Below, piece by piece: positions 25,755 through 38,060 of a stretch of 63,991 nucleotides of DNA. Position 1 is the first letter of the stretch; every line of letters begins with the position of its first letter. Source of the stretch: Octopus bimaculoides (lineage: Eukaryota). The translations under genes and the position numbers were made by a program. Under the pieces are notes generated by a model, which was not told where the DNA came from, did not search any database, and saw nothing but the letters and a program-made list of their open reading frames with translations. Where the stretch lies: assembly GCF_001194135.2 (NCBI RefSeq), contig NC_068987.1, positions 63,066,833 through 63,130,823 of the forward strand, given 5' to 3'.

Positions 25755-27029
25755 GTGTGTGTTTATATATATATATTCCTGCACCCCCACCATCACTTGA
25801 CAACTGATGGTGTGTTTATGTCCCCATAACGTAGTGGTTTGGGAGAAGAGACCAAGAGAATAAGCACCAGACTTACTAAAAATAAGTGCAGGGATCGATA
25901 TCTTCGATTAAAAGGCAGTGCTCCAGCATGGCCACAGTCAAATGACTGAAACAAGTAAAAGAACAAAAAAAATATCTCATAGCTTTGAGATTTTGAAGTT
26001 GTGATTGTATATTTTTAGAATGACGTAGGATAGGTATGACAGGCCAGACCTGGCTGGTTTAAACATTAAAAGGTAGAATATTGGGACCAGATATGGCCGG
26101 TTTAAATACTAAAGGGTTAAAGATTCGACTGACTTCTATTGACAAAACTGTAGTAGTTTACAAACTATTTGTAGCAACAGCGGCAGCAGCAGCAGCTACT
26201 GCTGCAGAATATTGTGGAAAAATCTTACATAATCATTAATACATTTCATGGACAATTATGTCTAAGTAATGAGGTTGTGTCATGACATGACATCATCTTG
26301 TGGTTGAGTGAAAGCATTTTTTTTTAGTATAGTTATGGATGCCGTTGTCATCATCATCATCTCTTTTAATGTCTCTTTTCCATGCTGGCATGGGTTGGAC
26401 GGTTTGTCAGGAGTTGGTTAGGCAGAAGACTGTATCAAGCTTCACTGTCTGTTTTGGCAGGGCTTTTATGGCTGCATGCTCTTCCTAACTTCAACCACCT
26501 GAAATTTTCTTGGAAATCAATAGTTCAGCAGGAGTATCAAATAAAAGTCAATAGTTCCCTTCGATTTTAGCTTTATGCTCCATAAAGCAAAACAACCAGA
26601 TACCATATTCTTTTCTATTCTAGGCTCAAGGTCTGAAATTTTGGGAGAGGGGAGCCAGTCGATTAAATCGACCCCAGTATGCAACTGGTACCTAATTTAT
26701 CGACTCTGAAAGAATGAAAGGCAAAGTCGACCCCGGTGGAATTTTATTGTGTTGAGTCATTTGTGTCATAGTACAGGTTTTATGTCGAAGATTGTAGCTT
26801 TTATCTTTTACTTGTTTTACTCAGCGGATTGTGGCCATGCTGGAGCACCACCTCAAATGTTTTAGTCAAGTAAATTGATCCCAATACTTACTCTTGCAGT
26901 CTCTTTTTGTCAAACTGTTAAATTACAGGGATGTAAACAAACCAACACTGTTGTCAAGTGGTATTGGAGGATAATCACATACATAGATATATACATCACA
27001 CACATACATACATACATATATATATATCA

Positions 27030-27230
27030 GGATGATAATGTCTGTCTATCTGTTTGTGAATCCCTAAAACTCAAGAACTACACAACTGATTTCATTCAAA
27101 CTTTAAACATGCCTTACCTAGGGTCCATGTAGTGTCATGGGCCCAAAAAATTTTCAACTTGCCTAATGCAACCCCAGGAATTTACAAATGTGAACAAACA
27201 ACTTATTCCCTACAAATTCATAGGTCGGGA
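27030..27230 (+). mobile_element. Possible non-autonomous Helitron/DINE-like fragment
   Basis: 'tgtctgtctatctgtttgtg...aactacacaactgatttcattcaaacttt' resembles the conserved core of such elements. No clear 3' hairpin. Confidence 0.3.
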
Positions 27231-28314
27231 ACTTATATTTGTTTCAGATTTTGGTTCAATGCCAGCAATTTTGGGGAAGCACTAGTGTAGTTAGAGGTGG
27301 GAGGCAGTGGTCTACCCCATGTGGCACTTTTAGTGGGGCAGCATCACTTTTGGGTCTGCTGTAGGCAATATGTATTTTTTGTGGGGACCTGTGGAGCAGC
27401 AAACTGAAGAGACACTCTGGGTGGTGCACACTAGCTACAATAGTATGGGAGAGGGGTTGAGTTGATTACATAGACCCCAATGCTCAACTGGTACTTATTT
27501 TATAAACCCTAAAAGGATGAAATGCAAAGTTGACCTCAGTGGAATTTAAACTCAGAATGTAAAACAGGCGAAGTGCTGCTAAGCATTTTGTTCGGCATGC
27601 TAATGGTTCTGCCAACTTGCTGTCTTGTAGGAAACATATTAACCCTTTTGATGCTAACCCACCTGAAACCACCCTTAGTTTTGTGATACAAACTTTTTTG
27701 TTTTAAAGTTATCTAAATTAAAATACTCCCACAAAATTTCATGTTGTTTATGCACCAAACACCACTTAAATAATGATTAAATTATATTACTTATTCTTTA
27801 ATATTTTTCAAAATCAGTTGAAACAAAAGCAGTTTATTTCAACAAAAATACGGCAACTAAAATTTACTGTTTTGGTGTTAAGACTTAAGTGATTTCTTTT
27901 TGTTGGGATTTTTAGAGATTTCCTTATAGACAGTTTCACATTTGAATGTAAATGCAATTTCACTTATAAGTGAGGAGTTCTCCATCTTTAAATTTCTTCA
28001 CTTACTTGTAATGCTTTAGTTGTAGTTGATAGTAATGCCATTGTCTATGATAGAGCATTCTGGTATTTCAGTCTTAATGTAGGGTTGTAGTAGTGATTGC
28101 TGATGGTAATTGCATTTGCAATACAGTATCACTCTTCCCTTGGTTAACCATGCTGGAACAGATACAGCAGTGAGTTCTCCAGCAGTAATTTGGTGAGTTC
28201 AGCTACCTGCCCAGGCTCCACTGCTTGTCAGGCTGAGAAAAGCAAACTGTCATGTGGTAGTGGAGACCTCCGGTGTCTTCAGCCCCTGGGCCATACTTTG
28301 TTTCGAAAGTAATG

Positions 28315-28630
28315 ACAGCCTTTCGAAAGGCTGTCATTACTTTTGAGACAGAACTTCTTGATACACCAAACATTTCGGCTGTTTTCGTTACTCTAGCGCC
28401 TGCAATACGAGCACCAACAATTTGACCTCTTTGAAAGTCCGATGGATCTGTCATTTTAATGAATTTTAATTACCTTTTTCTGATATGTGAAAAGAAACAG
28501 TAATTTTAGCGAAACATATTAAGCAACACTTAAAAACATAAAAATAAACAAGCTTTTGACGGTTTTATAGATATTTCAAAATTATGATGCTATGATGCTA
28601 GGTGTTTCCATTATTTTGTCCAACCCCTGT
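28315..28630 (-). mobile_element. Tc1-like transposon 5' fragment
   Basis: TIR-like ACAGGGGTTGGACAAAATAATGGAAACACC (28630-28601), then ORF start 'MTDPSDFQRGQIVGARIAGARVTKTAEMFGVSRSSVSKVMTAFRK' (paired-like HTH). Confidence 0.75.
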
Positions 28631-28928
28631 CTATATATGTATATATATCGAATGAGTCAACCCCAGTACTTGTTTGTTTTTAAGTCTCGTACTTATTCTA
28701 TCAGTCTCTTGCTTAACTGGTAAGTTATAAGGATGTAAACACACCAACACTGGTTGTGAAGCAGTGTTAGGGGACAAACACATACACAGTAATGCACACA
28801 CATATATACATACAACAGGCTTCTTTCAGTTTTCATCTACCAAATCTACTCACAATGTTTTGGTCATCCCAAAGCTATAATAGAAGACACTTGCCCAAGG
28901 TGCCATGCATTGGGAATATATATAAATA

Positions 28929-28961
<33 letters not shown>

Positions 28962-29626
28962 ATGTATGTGTGTATATATGTATGTGTGTGTGTATATGTA
29001 TGTATATTATATATATATANNNNNNNNNNNNNNNNNNNNNNNNNNNNNNNNNNNNNNNNNNNNNNNNNNNNNNNNNNNNNNNNNNNNNNNNNNNNNNNNN
29101 NNNNNNNNNNNNNNNNNNNNNNNNNNNNNNNNNNNNNNNNNNNNNNNNNNNNNNNNNNNNNNNNNNNNNNNNNNNNNNNNNNNNNNNNNNNNNNNNNNNN
29201 NNNNNNNNNNNNNNNNNNNNNNNNNNNNNNNNNNNNNNNNNNNNNNNNNNNNNNNNNNNNNNNNNNNNNNNNNNNNNNNNNNNNNNNNNNNNNNNNNNNN
29301 NNNNNNNNNNNNNNNNNNNNNNNNNNNNNNNNNNNNNNNNNNNNNNNNNNNNNNNNNNNNNNNNNNNNNNNNNNNNNNNNNNNNNNNNNNNNNNNNNNNN
29401 NNNNNNNNNNNNNNNNNNNNNNNNNNNNNNNNNNNNNNNNNNNCTTTGATGAGAGAGATAAATTCTTGGCAATCTTATGTATACTTTTCCAGTGAAATTC
29501 TTCACTGATATCGAAAAGGTGAAAACAAGGAATGTTAATTCTCTAAATGAAGTATTAACAGTAACTGCACGATAAAGTGAAGTATATTGCCACTTAAGTG
29601 TGGCTGACCCCTAGGGGTGGATGTTA

Positions 29627-29735
29627 CTGTTGCTTTTAGCCCCAGGAGGACATCTCCTCCAGCTGGCAAACAGGACATAGTAGTGTGTCGATAAGCCAGC
29701 TGGAGGAGATGTCCTCCTGGGGCTAAAAGCAACAG
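29627..29735. repeat. Perfect 41-bp inverted repeat with 27-nt loop
   Basis: 29627-29667 is the exact reverse complement of 29695-29735. Confidence 0.95.
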
Positions 29736-29885
29736 CCAGAGGAGACAGGGTCCATTATGAGCTTGCGAAACTTGAAGTAGCACGGAATCTGAATCGAACT
29801 GTTTTGAATAATACATGTAACACCTAATAAATGTGTTGAGTGCCCACTCACTCATATATATGTGCGTATGTGTGTGTGTGTGTGT

Positions 29886-30105
29886 ATCATCATCATCGTT
29901 TAACGTCCGCTTTCCATGCTAGCATGGGTTGGATGATTTGACTGAGGACTGGTGAAACCAGATGGCTACACCAGGCTTCAATCTGATTTGGCAGAGTTTC
30001 TACAGCTGGATGCCCTTCCTAACGCCAACCACTCAGATAGTGTAGTGGGTGCTTTTACGTGCCACCGTCATGAAGGCCAGTCAGGAGGTACTGGCAATGG
30101 CCGTA
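29886..30105 (-). mobile_element. SINE-like family C copy
   Basis: Same sequence as 18361-18542, extended. Confidence 0.85.
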
Positions 30106-30474
30106 TATATNNNNNNNNNNNNNNNNNNNNNNNNNNNNNNNNNNNNNNNNNNNNNNNNNNNNNNNNNNNNNNNNNNNNNNNNNNNNNNNNNNNNNNNNNN
30201 NNNNNNNNNNNNNNNNNNNNNNNNNNNNNNNNNNNNNNNNNNNNNNNNNNNNNNNNNNNNNNNNNNNNNNNNNNNNNNNNNNNNNNNNNNNNNNNNNNNN
30301 NNNNNNNNNNNNNNNNNNNNNNNNNNNNNNNNNNNNNNNNNNNNNNNNNNNNNNNNNNNNNNNNNNNNNNNNNNNNNNNNNNNNNNNNNNNNNNNNNNNN
30401 NNNNNNNNNNNNNNNNNNNNNNNNNNNNNNNNNNNNNNNNNNNNNNNNNNNNNNNNNNNNNNNNNNNNNNNTTT

Positions 30475-30509
<35 letters not shown>

Positions 30510-31358
30510 CTGTTACATATATATACAAATATGTATATTTGTATGTATATATATATATATATATATATTGGTGTATATATGTCAAAATCACTTTAATGAC
30601 CACTTTTCCATGCTTGTATAGGTTGGATGGAGTTTTGTTGAGATGAATTTGTAGCATGGTTATGATGAAAGACTTCTCCGTATATATACATCCTTTATGT
30701 ATAAATTGAGACACAAAGTGTTCATTTCAATACATGGAGAATAAACTGTGTATGAAATGACATATTACAAGTGCAGCAAATCTTCATCAGAAATTCACAT
30801 TTAGGCTGATTTTACACATCTATGCATATTCTTGTTGCCAGTTGCTATGATATGTTTCTTCAGCTATTGCATTGGGTTGAGTATGTAGCTGTGGAAACAG
30901 CTATTAGTGAAATTTGTGCTGGGTTGAGCATGTAGCAAAAGAATTCATCAACGAACAAATTCATCAAGGAACAAGTTTGCTCATGGTCTGAATTCACTTT
31001 GGCTTTTTCATACCAAAACCATTTGTAGCCTCTGTTCACAGAAAGTTCTTGTGATTGTCACCAAATTATCACATGAACAAAGAGCGCTGATTGGCTGAAA
31101 TGGGGGCTGCACTCATGATGAACTTGTGGTTTACATGTAGCTGAAAGTGGGGTTGAAACCAACTTTTAAGATTTTTACTACAACTGGATGCCCTTCCTCT
31201 CACCAACCCTCATCTGTTTCCTAGTAGGTTAATATTTCCCCATGACTAGATATGTTTTCATGGAAGATTGGTAATGAAAGACACCACCTGCATGATGGTA
31301 ACATTTATTTCCAACTGTCACACGATGTTAAGGCAAGGAGACAGTAACACACACACAC

Positions 31359-31390
<32 letters not shown>

Positions 31391-31483
31391 TTATGTACTC
31401 ACATACAATATTATTCACAAATTGTGACATAAAAGAAATAAGCAACACAATAGTCAATATATAATATGCTACAATATGTAATA

Positions 31484-31747
31484 GGTGGAGGCGCGTGGCT
31501 TAGTGGTTAGGGTGTCAGCATCATGATCGTAAGATTGTGGTTTCAATTCCTGGACCAGGCGACGCGTTGTGTTCGTGAGCAAAACACTTCATTTCATGTT
31601 GCTCCAGTCCACTCAGCTGGCAAAAATGAGTAACTTTGCGATGGACTGGCATCCCGTCCAGCTGGGGAACATATACGCCATTGAAACTGGGAAACCGGGC
31701 CTATGAGCCTGGCTAGGCTTTAAAAGGGCGCATTTATTTTTTTTTTT
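31484..31747 (+). mobile_element. tRNA-headed SINE (local family D) with 14-bp TSD and T-rich tail
   Basis: Head 'ggaggcgcgtggcttagtggttaggg...gtttcaattcctgg' (A/B-box-like). TACAATATGTAATA at 31470-31483 and 31748-31761. Confidence 0.85.
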
Positions 31748-32477
31748 TACAATATGTAATACATACCTCAATTTTTAGGACTTGAACTGTCTTAAATACC
31801 TAATACCATTTATAATTCACAGTGTTGCCCAACTGGCTACAAAAGTGTATCTCAGATCTACCACAAGCCTGAAGGCTCATAATACAGGAGCTTATCCTAT
31901 TTCAACGGCATTTAACCCTTTAGCATTCAGATAATTCTGTGAAATTGTGAAATGTAATATTTATTTACTGACACCCTTTTGAAATAATCATGGATTATGT
32001 TGTAGCTTTGAAATTTCAATGAAGTGATTGTTTATTTTTTTTAAGAGTGACATTGTAAGGTAGGTATGAGATGCCAGATCTAGCTGGTTTCAACATGGAA
32101 CAAGTAGGATATTTGGGTTGGATATGGCTGGTTTAAATGCAAGATGTTGGCATTTAAACCAGCCATAAGGTTATTGCATCGTGGTTGGCTTCACCTGGGC
32201 TCACACCCGTGACTTCCATTGTTTGCCACAAAGCCTTCCTATTTTTACTGGTGATTGTGCCACCTAAAATTTTAGACCCAATAAAGCTTGCACAATATCA
32301 TACACACTCTGTTAACATGACTCACAGACATGCCAGGGCAAGATATCCTGTGCTAATATGGGTCACCAGCTCAGGAATGTGAGAGTGCCATTATCTCAAG
32401 CGCAAGCAAAAGATCCCCAAAATGTCCAATCCCATTCCCTACATGTCCGGTTTTAAATCAGAGTGACCTTCTCATAT

Positions 32478-32690
32478 GGCAGTGAGCTGGCAGAAATGTT
32501 AGCACGCCTAGCGAATGCTTAGCAGTATTTCATCTGTCTTTATGTTCTGAGTTCAAATTCCGCTGAAGTCGATTTTGCCTTTCATCCTTTCGGGGGTTGA
32601 TAAATTAAGTACCAGTTGCATACTGGGGTCAATCTAATCGACTGGCTCTCTCCCCAAAAATTTCAGGCCTTGTGCCTAGAGTAGAAAAGA
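32478..32690 (+). mobile_element. Full-length SINE family B
   Basis: A-box-like TGGCAGAAATGT, B-box-like GAGTTCAAATTCC, tail 'gtgcctagagtagaaaag'. Further copies at ~9910, 26610, 27460, 44410-45010, 49180, 62700 and 62980. Confidence 0.9.
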
Positions 32691-32968
32691 GTGACCTCAT
32701 ACACCCATACATACATACATGCATACACACAGACACATAAATGCTAGCAAACAAAATTAATCTATATAATCTATTAAATTATCTATAAATACATGTATTA
32801 TATACATTCCTAATTTTAGTGAAAAAAATGTGCGTTTTGTACATTGGTTTTTTCCAGTAATTGTTGAAATGTCTGGATTGGCCTTCCTAGTGTTGACCAA
32901 TTCAGCTGTGAAGTTAGGAGCAGAGTCTATATTTTGTTCAGTAAGACAAACTGGTGCAAGTAGAGTTA

Positions 32969-33053
32969 CATCTATTGTTCAGTACACAGCACTGTTCACA
33001 GCATCTATTGTTCAGTACACAGCACTGTTCACAGCATCTATTGTTCAGTACAC
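32969..33053. repeat. 33-bp tandem repeat, about 2.6 copies
   Basis: CATCTATTGTTCAGTACACAGCACTGTTCACAG twice plus a 19-bp partial copy. Confidence 0.9.
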
Positions 33054-33657
33054 TGCAGGCAGATTTAAACTTAGGATCCTGTCATCACTTGTCCAGTATT
33101 ATTAATTAAATTGACTTACACCTCATTGATACGTTCTTGAATTATTGAACAACTAACCAATCTTTGAGTCTTTTGCATTTTGCCATTGGCAGTGCACTTT
33201 TTCTATAATAGAAATATGTTTGTATTATAATCCTGAATGTTTGAAATCCCAAATGGCTAGAATTTTGAAAACAAACATCTTTACAAGTTCATCTCAGGCT
33301 ACATTATCTAATATGCTCTTCCTTTTTTTCCAAAGATGGTTGGATATAATTTGAAAGAGATTTGGCTACTGTTTTCAGCAGACCAAGAATTTACCACAGC
33401 ATAGTGGTATAATTCGCCACTAAGTATTGGCCTGTAAAACTGAGTAATACTGAGATCAATCCTTGCTTTAAGCTCTCTGCAGGGAAAGTTAACTTGCAAT
33501 AGACTAATATCCTATCAAGGGGAAGATTTACCTCTCATCAGGCCTAGCAAGATCTGTGACAGATGTACTAGTCCCAGTGTATCCACAGACAAGTGACCTT
33601 ATGGTTAACCTTTTTTATACCAACCTATCTGAGTCTACATCTGATTCAATGGTATCT

Positions 33658-34079
33658 TTTATCTTTTATTTTTTAATTGTTTCAGTCATTAGACTGTGGC
33701 CATCCTGGGGCACTACCTGGAAGAATTTTTAGTTGAATGAATTGACCCTAGTACTTTTTTTCTTTTTAATTTTTAAGCCTGGTACTTATTCTATTGTTCT
33801 CTTTGCTGAACTGCTAAGTTATGGGGACATAAACACATTAACACTGGTTGTCAAGCTGTGGTGGGGGACCAACACAGGCATAATGACTCACATGTATACA
33901 AGCATACGCACACATGTACAGGACAGGTTTCTTTCAGTTTCTGTCTACCAAATCCACTCACAAGGTTTTGGTCAGACCAAAGCAATAGTAGCGGACACTT
34001 GCCCAAGGTACCACACAGTGAGATGAACCTGGAACCATGTGGTTGGGAAGCAGGCTTCTTACCATACAGCCATGCCTAC
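33658..34079 (-). mobile_element. SINE family A copy upstream of the first visible HMGB exon
   Basis: Reverse complement of the family A consensus seen at 23524. Confidence 0.85.
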
Positions 34080-34199
34080 AAACTTTCTGTTTATAGTAAT
34101 TCTAAATTAAAATATACATCAAAATTTCATGTTCATTTATGTTTCAAACACCAACTTAGATCCACATTACTATTTTATCATGGTACAATTTCCCTTCAG

Positions 34200-34354
34200 G
34201 ACATGTTACCTATGGAAAAGAAACTGTTTGAAGAGATGGCTCAGAAGGACAAGATTCGGTACGAAAATGAAATGGCTAACTATGTGCCACCCCCCGGTGA
34301 AATTAAACGGAAACGGAAACAAGTTAAAGATCCGAATGCTCCAAAACGTTGTCT
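34200..34354 (+). CDS. HMGB: HMGB-family protein, internal exon (end of HMG box A and linker)
   Basis: ttcag|GAC...CT|gtgagt; 155 nt, phase 0/2. [52 protein letters not shown] corresponds to the HMGB1 'TMS...[10 protein letters not shown]' exon. Confidence 0.93.
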
Positions 34355-36579
34355 GTGAGTGGAAGTTTACTCTGTACTCTGGAAATTTTTCAAACTTTAT
34401 TTTCTATTATTTCTTTTAATTCATTATTTTGCATCTTGTATATAGAGACATATGTGTAAGTATCATCATCATCATCATATCATCATCATTAAATATCTGT
34501 TTTCCATGCTTACATGTGTGCATGCACGTATGTGTGTGTATATATATATATATATATATTGAGAAAGAGAAAGAGAGAGAGAGAGAGATATTTATATGTA
34601 TATATGTGTATATATATACATATATATGTCCAGTTTAATATCATCACCTGCCTTTAGAACAGTCCACTCTGTAACAAGCACTCTGGCCAAGTTTCTGGTC
34701 TGAGGATAATTCACACCAGTTTTGGAGACTGTGACAAGGTTCATGGGTACTACTCTGTCTTCTGTGATTAAGCATCATAAAAAGAAAAAGGTCAATTGAA
34801 ATCTTCTGTTTTACTAACTCTTTATCTGCAAAACATTGTAATACAGTGTTTTCTAACATATAAGCCAACATAGAGTATAAAATAAACATGTAGTGTAATC
34901 ATTCAAACATAGTTACCATCTTTCCAAATCCTGCTGCATTTCACTTGGAATTTTTGGCAACTTTGGTTAGAAAAATTCAACTTGTATCCTGGAAAACATT
35001 GTAATAACTAACAAATTGTTGTTAGTATTGTTATTGAGCCTGTCCAGGGAGTTCTGTTCAAGCAAGCCTAAATTATGCAGGTAGTCAATCAATTATTTTC
35101 AGAGCAGAATGAGGGTATGGGATTTTTTTTTCTTTTCCATTTTCAAATGGTTTGGTCTGAGGGAAGGAACTGAGACTGTGGCTCTAGCAGGTCCTCTGAC
35201 ACTGGTGAGACTGATGCAGTTGATGTTCTTGTTGAACATGAGTCAGTCAACAACAGTAGGAAAAACACTGGCAAGGAAGGAATTCCACATGGGTAGCATG
35301 GATAACATTCAAGGTAGAACTGGGATAAGTGATATGGTGTGGATCCTGGTGAGGGTAGTGGTAGACACAATATGGATAATGAGGGGAGGAAAGGGGAGTG
35401 AGTCACATGTGTCAAAGTGAAGGTGGTATGTAATCAGTGGGCTCTGAGAGAGGCCACTGTCATAGTGATAGAAACGACAGAGGGGGGTAAACTACGTATT
35501 TAGGGACCAAAAGTAGGAGTATGTTGGTGGTGTGACTTCCTGCCAAGTGGTTACATGTCTTTTATTTAAAAAATTTTGTTTTTAATGCAATCTCAGGCGT
35601 TTGTATGTGTAGCAGTAGCATCATCAACCTCCTGCTCTGCTGTGCAGTGGAATGTTACATCAGAAACTGTGTACAAGTTGGAGCATGTTCAGTGTATTTT
35701 GCCTCCTTGTCTGTTCATATATTGGGAACTGTTGATGCCTTAAGATAACCCTTTACCTATCCAAAGTATTTCTATTAGTTTGTCCTTAATATCCATTCTT
35801 GTTTTCGGACTTTTAGTTAGCCCTTGTTTCATGCATTCAGAGTAATATAAAACTTTCCTTTCATAAGGACCAAAGTACTCTGGTAGTTAAAAAGAATTGG
35901 TAATGTGTATAATTTATGATGCATGGACACCTGGGAAATACATCCTGTGTGTCACGTGTTACACAGGACAGAGAAAGGGTTCGTAAGTAATTGCATAACT
36001 AGTTAAAAGAGTTGAGAAGTTACTTATCCTTTTGTGTTTGTACTACATCTCTCCATGGCTAAAACACTTAAGTCTCATCTGCTAAGTTCATCTAGCTTTA
36101 AAACATTGTTGTTTAGATTCATATCAGCCTTGATAGTGTAAACAGATCTCTGATCAAAGGCCATTCTGGCTACGATCATATCTGATATTCTAGAATAGTG
36201 TACCTTGGACAATATTATTTAATGTATTCTTATTTAAGATGACAGTGAATGGTTGGAGGAAGATTTGCCTGCTATTTCTAGCAGGTCGAATGACCTCATA
36301 GAATTTTCTTCTTACCTCTGTAAGTAGTGGCACTCTTGTGTAATTTATGTAAGTTATGTTGGTGTGTAGTGTTATGATCAGTGGAAAAATATATGTCTAT
36401 AATAGGCCAGCTACAGATCCAGAAGATTTATCTCCCTTCATTCCAAAACCATACCAACTTACCTTGTGAATTCTTGTGATTCAAATAAGTGTTAGCTTTC
36501 TTGTGCAGTTGAAGATCCTAATGGTAACTGCAATGAATACAAAGTAAGGTGGAGCTCAAATTCTATTCGACATGTTGAT

Positions 36580-36780
36580 ACCTTGGAATTTGTAAGATAT
36601 GTTTAACAGTCCCTAGAAAAGAATAGTACTCAAATACCGAAAGTAGAGTTATATGTTTTTATTAAAGCTGCAAAATTATTACAAGACTGTTACTCAGAGT
36701 TTCATATTCCTGTTCGTTGGACAGTTGTGATGAAAACTTATCACAACCATCTAGTGTACGCGTAGCTTTAATAAAGTATA
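36580..36780 (-). mobile_element. Penelope-like terminal repeat with dead hammerhead (36686-36725)
   Basis: ACTGT-CCAACGA-ACAGGAATAT-GAAA-CTCTGAGTA-ACAGT, adjacent to (TA)n. Confidence 0.45.
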
Positions 36781-37361
36781 TATATATATATATATATATA
36801 TAGTTTTAGGGAAATTAATAATTTTCATCGATGAGTTCTTGAAAACTGGTTATTTTCCCTAAAACTATATATTATATATACTTTATCTATAAGGCTCAAT
36901 TTAATTTTAATTTTTTATAAATTGATTTTAATTGAGTTTTTTACCTGTAATTTTGGATTTTGTCCCTAATATTATNNNNNNNNNNNNNNNNNNNNNNNNN
37001 NNNNNNNNNNNNNNNNNNNNNNNNNNNNNNNNNNNNNNNNNNNNNNNNNNNNNNNNNNNNNNNNNNNNNNNNNNNNNNNNNNNNNNNNNNNNNNNNNNNN
37101 NNNNNNNNNNNNNNNNNNNNNNNNATATATATGTGTATATATCATCATCATTATAATTTAATGTCTATTTTCCATGCTGGCATGGATTGGACGGTTTGTA
37201 ATCCTGGCCCTCAGCTCATCCTTTGTATTGTAGCTGGATTTGTTGGTCTCTCATTCCACCACACCCCACATAAAGAAGTTGAGAGGGTTGCAGTCAGGTG
37301 GGTTAGGATGCCAAGCATCAGGTTCCACTGAAGAAGTGCATATGTATTTATATATATACAC

Positions 37362-37533
37362 ACACATGAAAGGCTTCCACACAGTTTTTGTATATCAAAC
37401 TCACTCACTTGGCATTGGTCGGCCTGGGGCTATAGTAAAAAATAATTTACCCATGGTGCTGTGCAGTGGAACTGAACCCCAAACTATGTGGTTTCAAAGC
37501 GAACTTCTCAACCATATAGCCATGTCTGTGCCT
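37362..37533 (-). mobile_element. SINE family A head, antisense, just upstream of the HMG box B exon
   Basis: Reverse complement begins 'ggcacagacatggctatatggttgagaagttcgctttgaaaccacatag'. Confidence 0.8.
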
Positions 37534-37611
37534 TATTTACCTCTGCTCCTTATATTACAGTCACATTAATTTACTTTACATCTTCTCTTTCATTTCTATT
37601 TTCATTTTCAG

Positions 37612-37786
37612 CTCGGCGTTTTTCATCTTCTGTAAGGACCACAGAGCAAAGCTGATTGAAGAAAAACCAGAATTAAAAGTATCTGAAGTGGCTACACTGC
37701 TGGGAAAGATGTGGAAATTATCGACACCTGAGGTGAAGAAATCATATGAAGAAAGAGCAGCACAAGATAGAAAACGATATGAGAAG
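37612..37786 (+). CDS. HMGB: HMGB-family protein, HMG box B exon
   Basis: ttcag|C TCG...AAG|gtaatt; 175 nt, in frame with the previous exon. SAFFIFCKDHRAKLIEEKPELKVSEVATLLGKMWKLSTPEVKKSYEERAAQDRKRYEK. Confidence 0.95.
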
Positions 37787-37821
37787 GTAATTGTTTTGTT
37801 TGTTCAAGAGTTTTATATCAA

Positions 37822-38055
37822 AGCAAGTATGGCTGTGTGGTTAAGAAGTTTGCTTCGCAACCACATGTTTTGTGTTCAATCCCACTGTCTTCTACTGTAG
37901 CTCTAAGCTGACCAAAGCCTTGTGAGGGCATTTGTCAGATGGAAACTGAAAGAATCCCATTGTGTAAATTGTGTGTGTGTGTCTATGTGTGCGAGTGCAT
38001 GTGTGTGTATGTATGCGTGTATGTGAGTGTGTATATTTGTGTCTTTTTATCTTGA
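37822..38055 (+). mobile_element. SINE family A, interrupted by a family E insertion
   Basis: Head 'atggctgtgtggttaagaagtttgcttcgcaaccacatg'; sequence resumes after 38443. Confidence 0.8.
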
Positions 38056-38060
38056 TATTG

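Noticed and set aside
29745-29790. ATTATGA-GCTTGC-GAAACTTGAAGTA, hammerhead-like
   Set aside because: Two core mismatches, a 2-bp stem II and no stem I pairing; too weak to call.
31484-31570. tRNA-like sequences at SINE heads (also 23524, 32478, 38061)
   Set aside because: A/B boxes run on into SINE bodies with TSDs; no complete cloverleaf, so not called as tRNA genes.
32830-33105. 91-aa ORF with plausible splice signals, considered as the missing HMGB exon
   Set aside because: No HMG-box similarity; ORF length is inflated by the 33-bp repeat.
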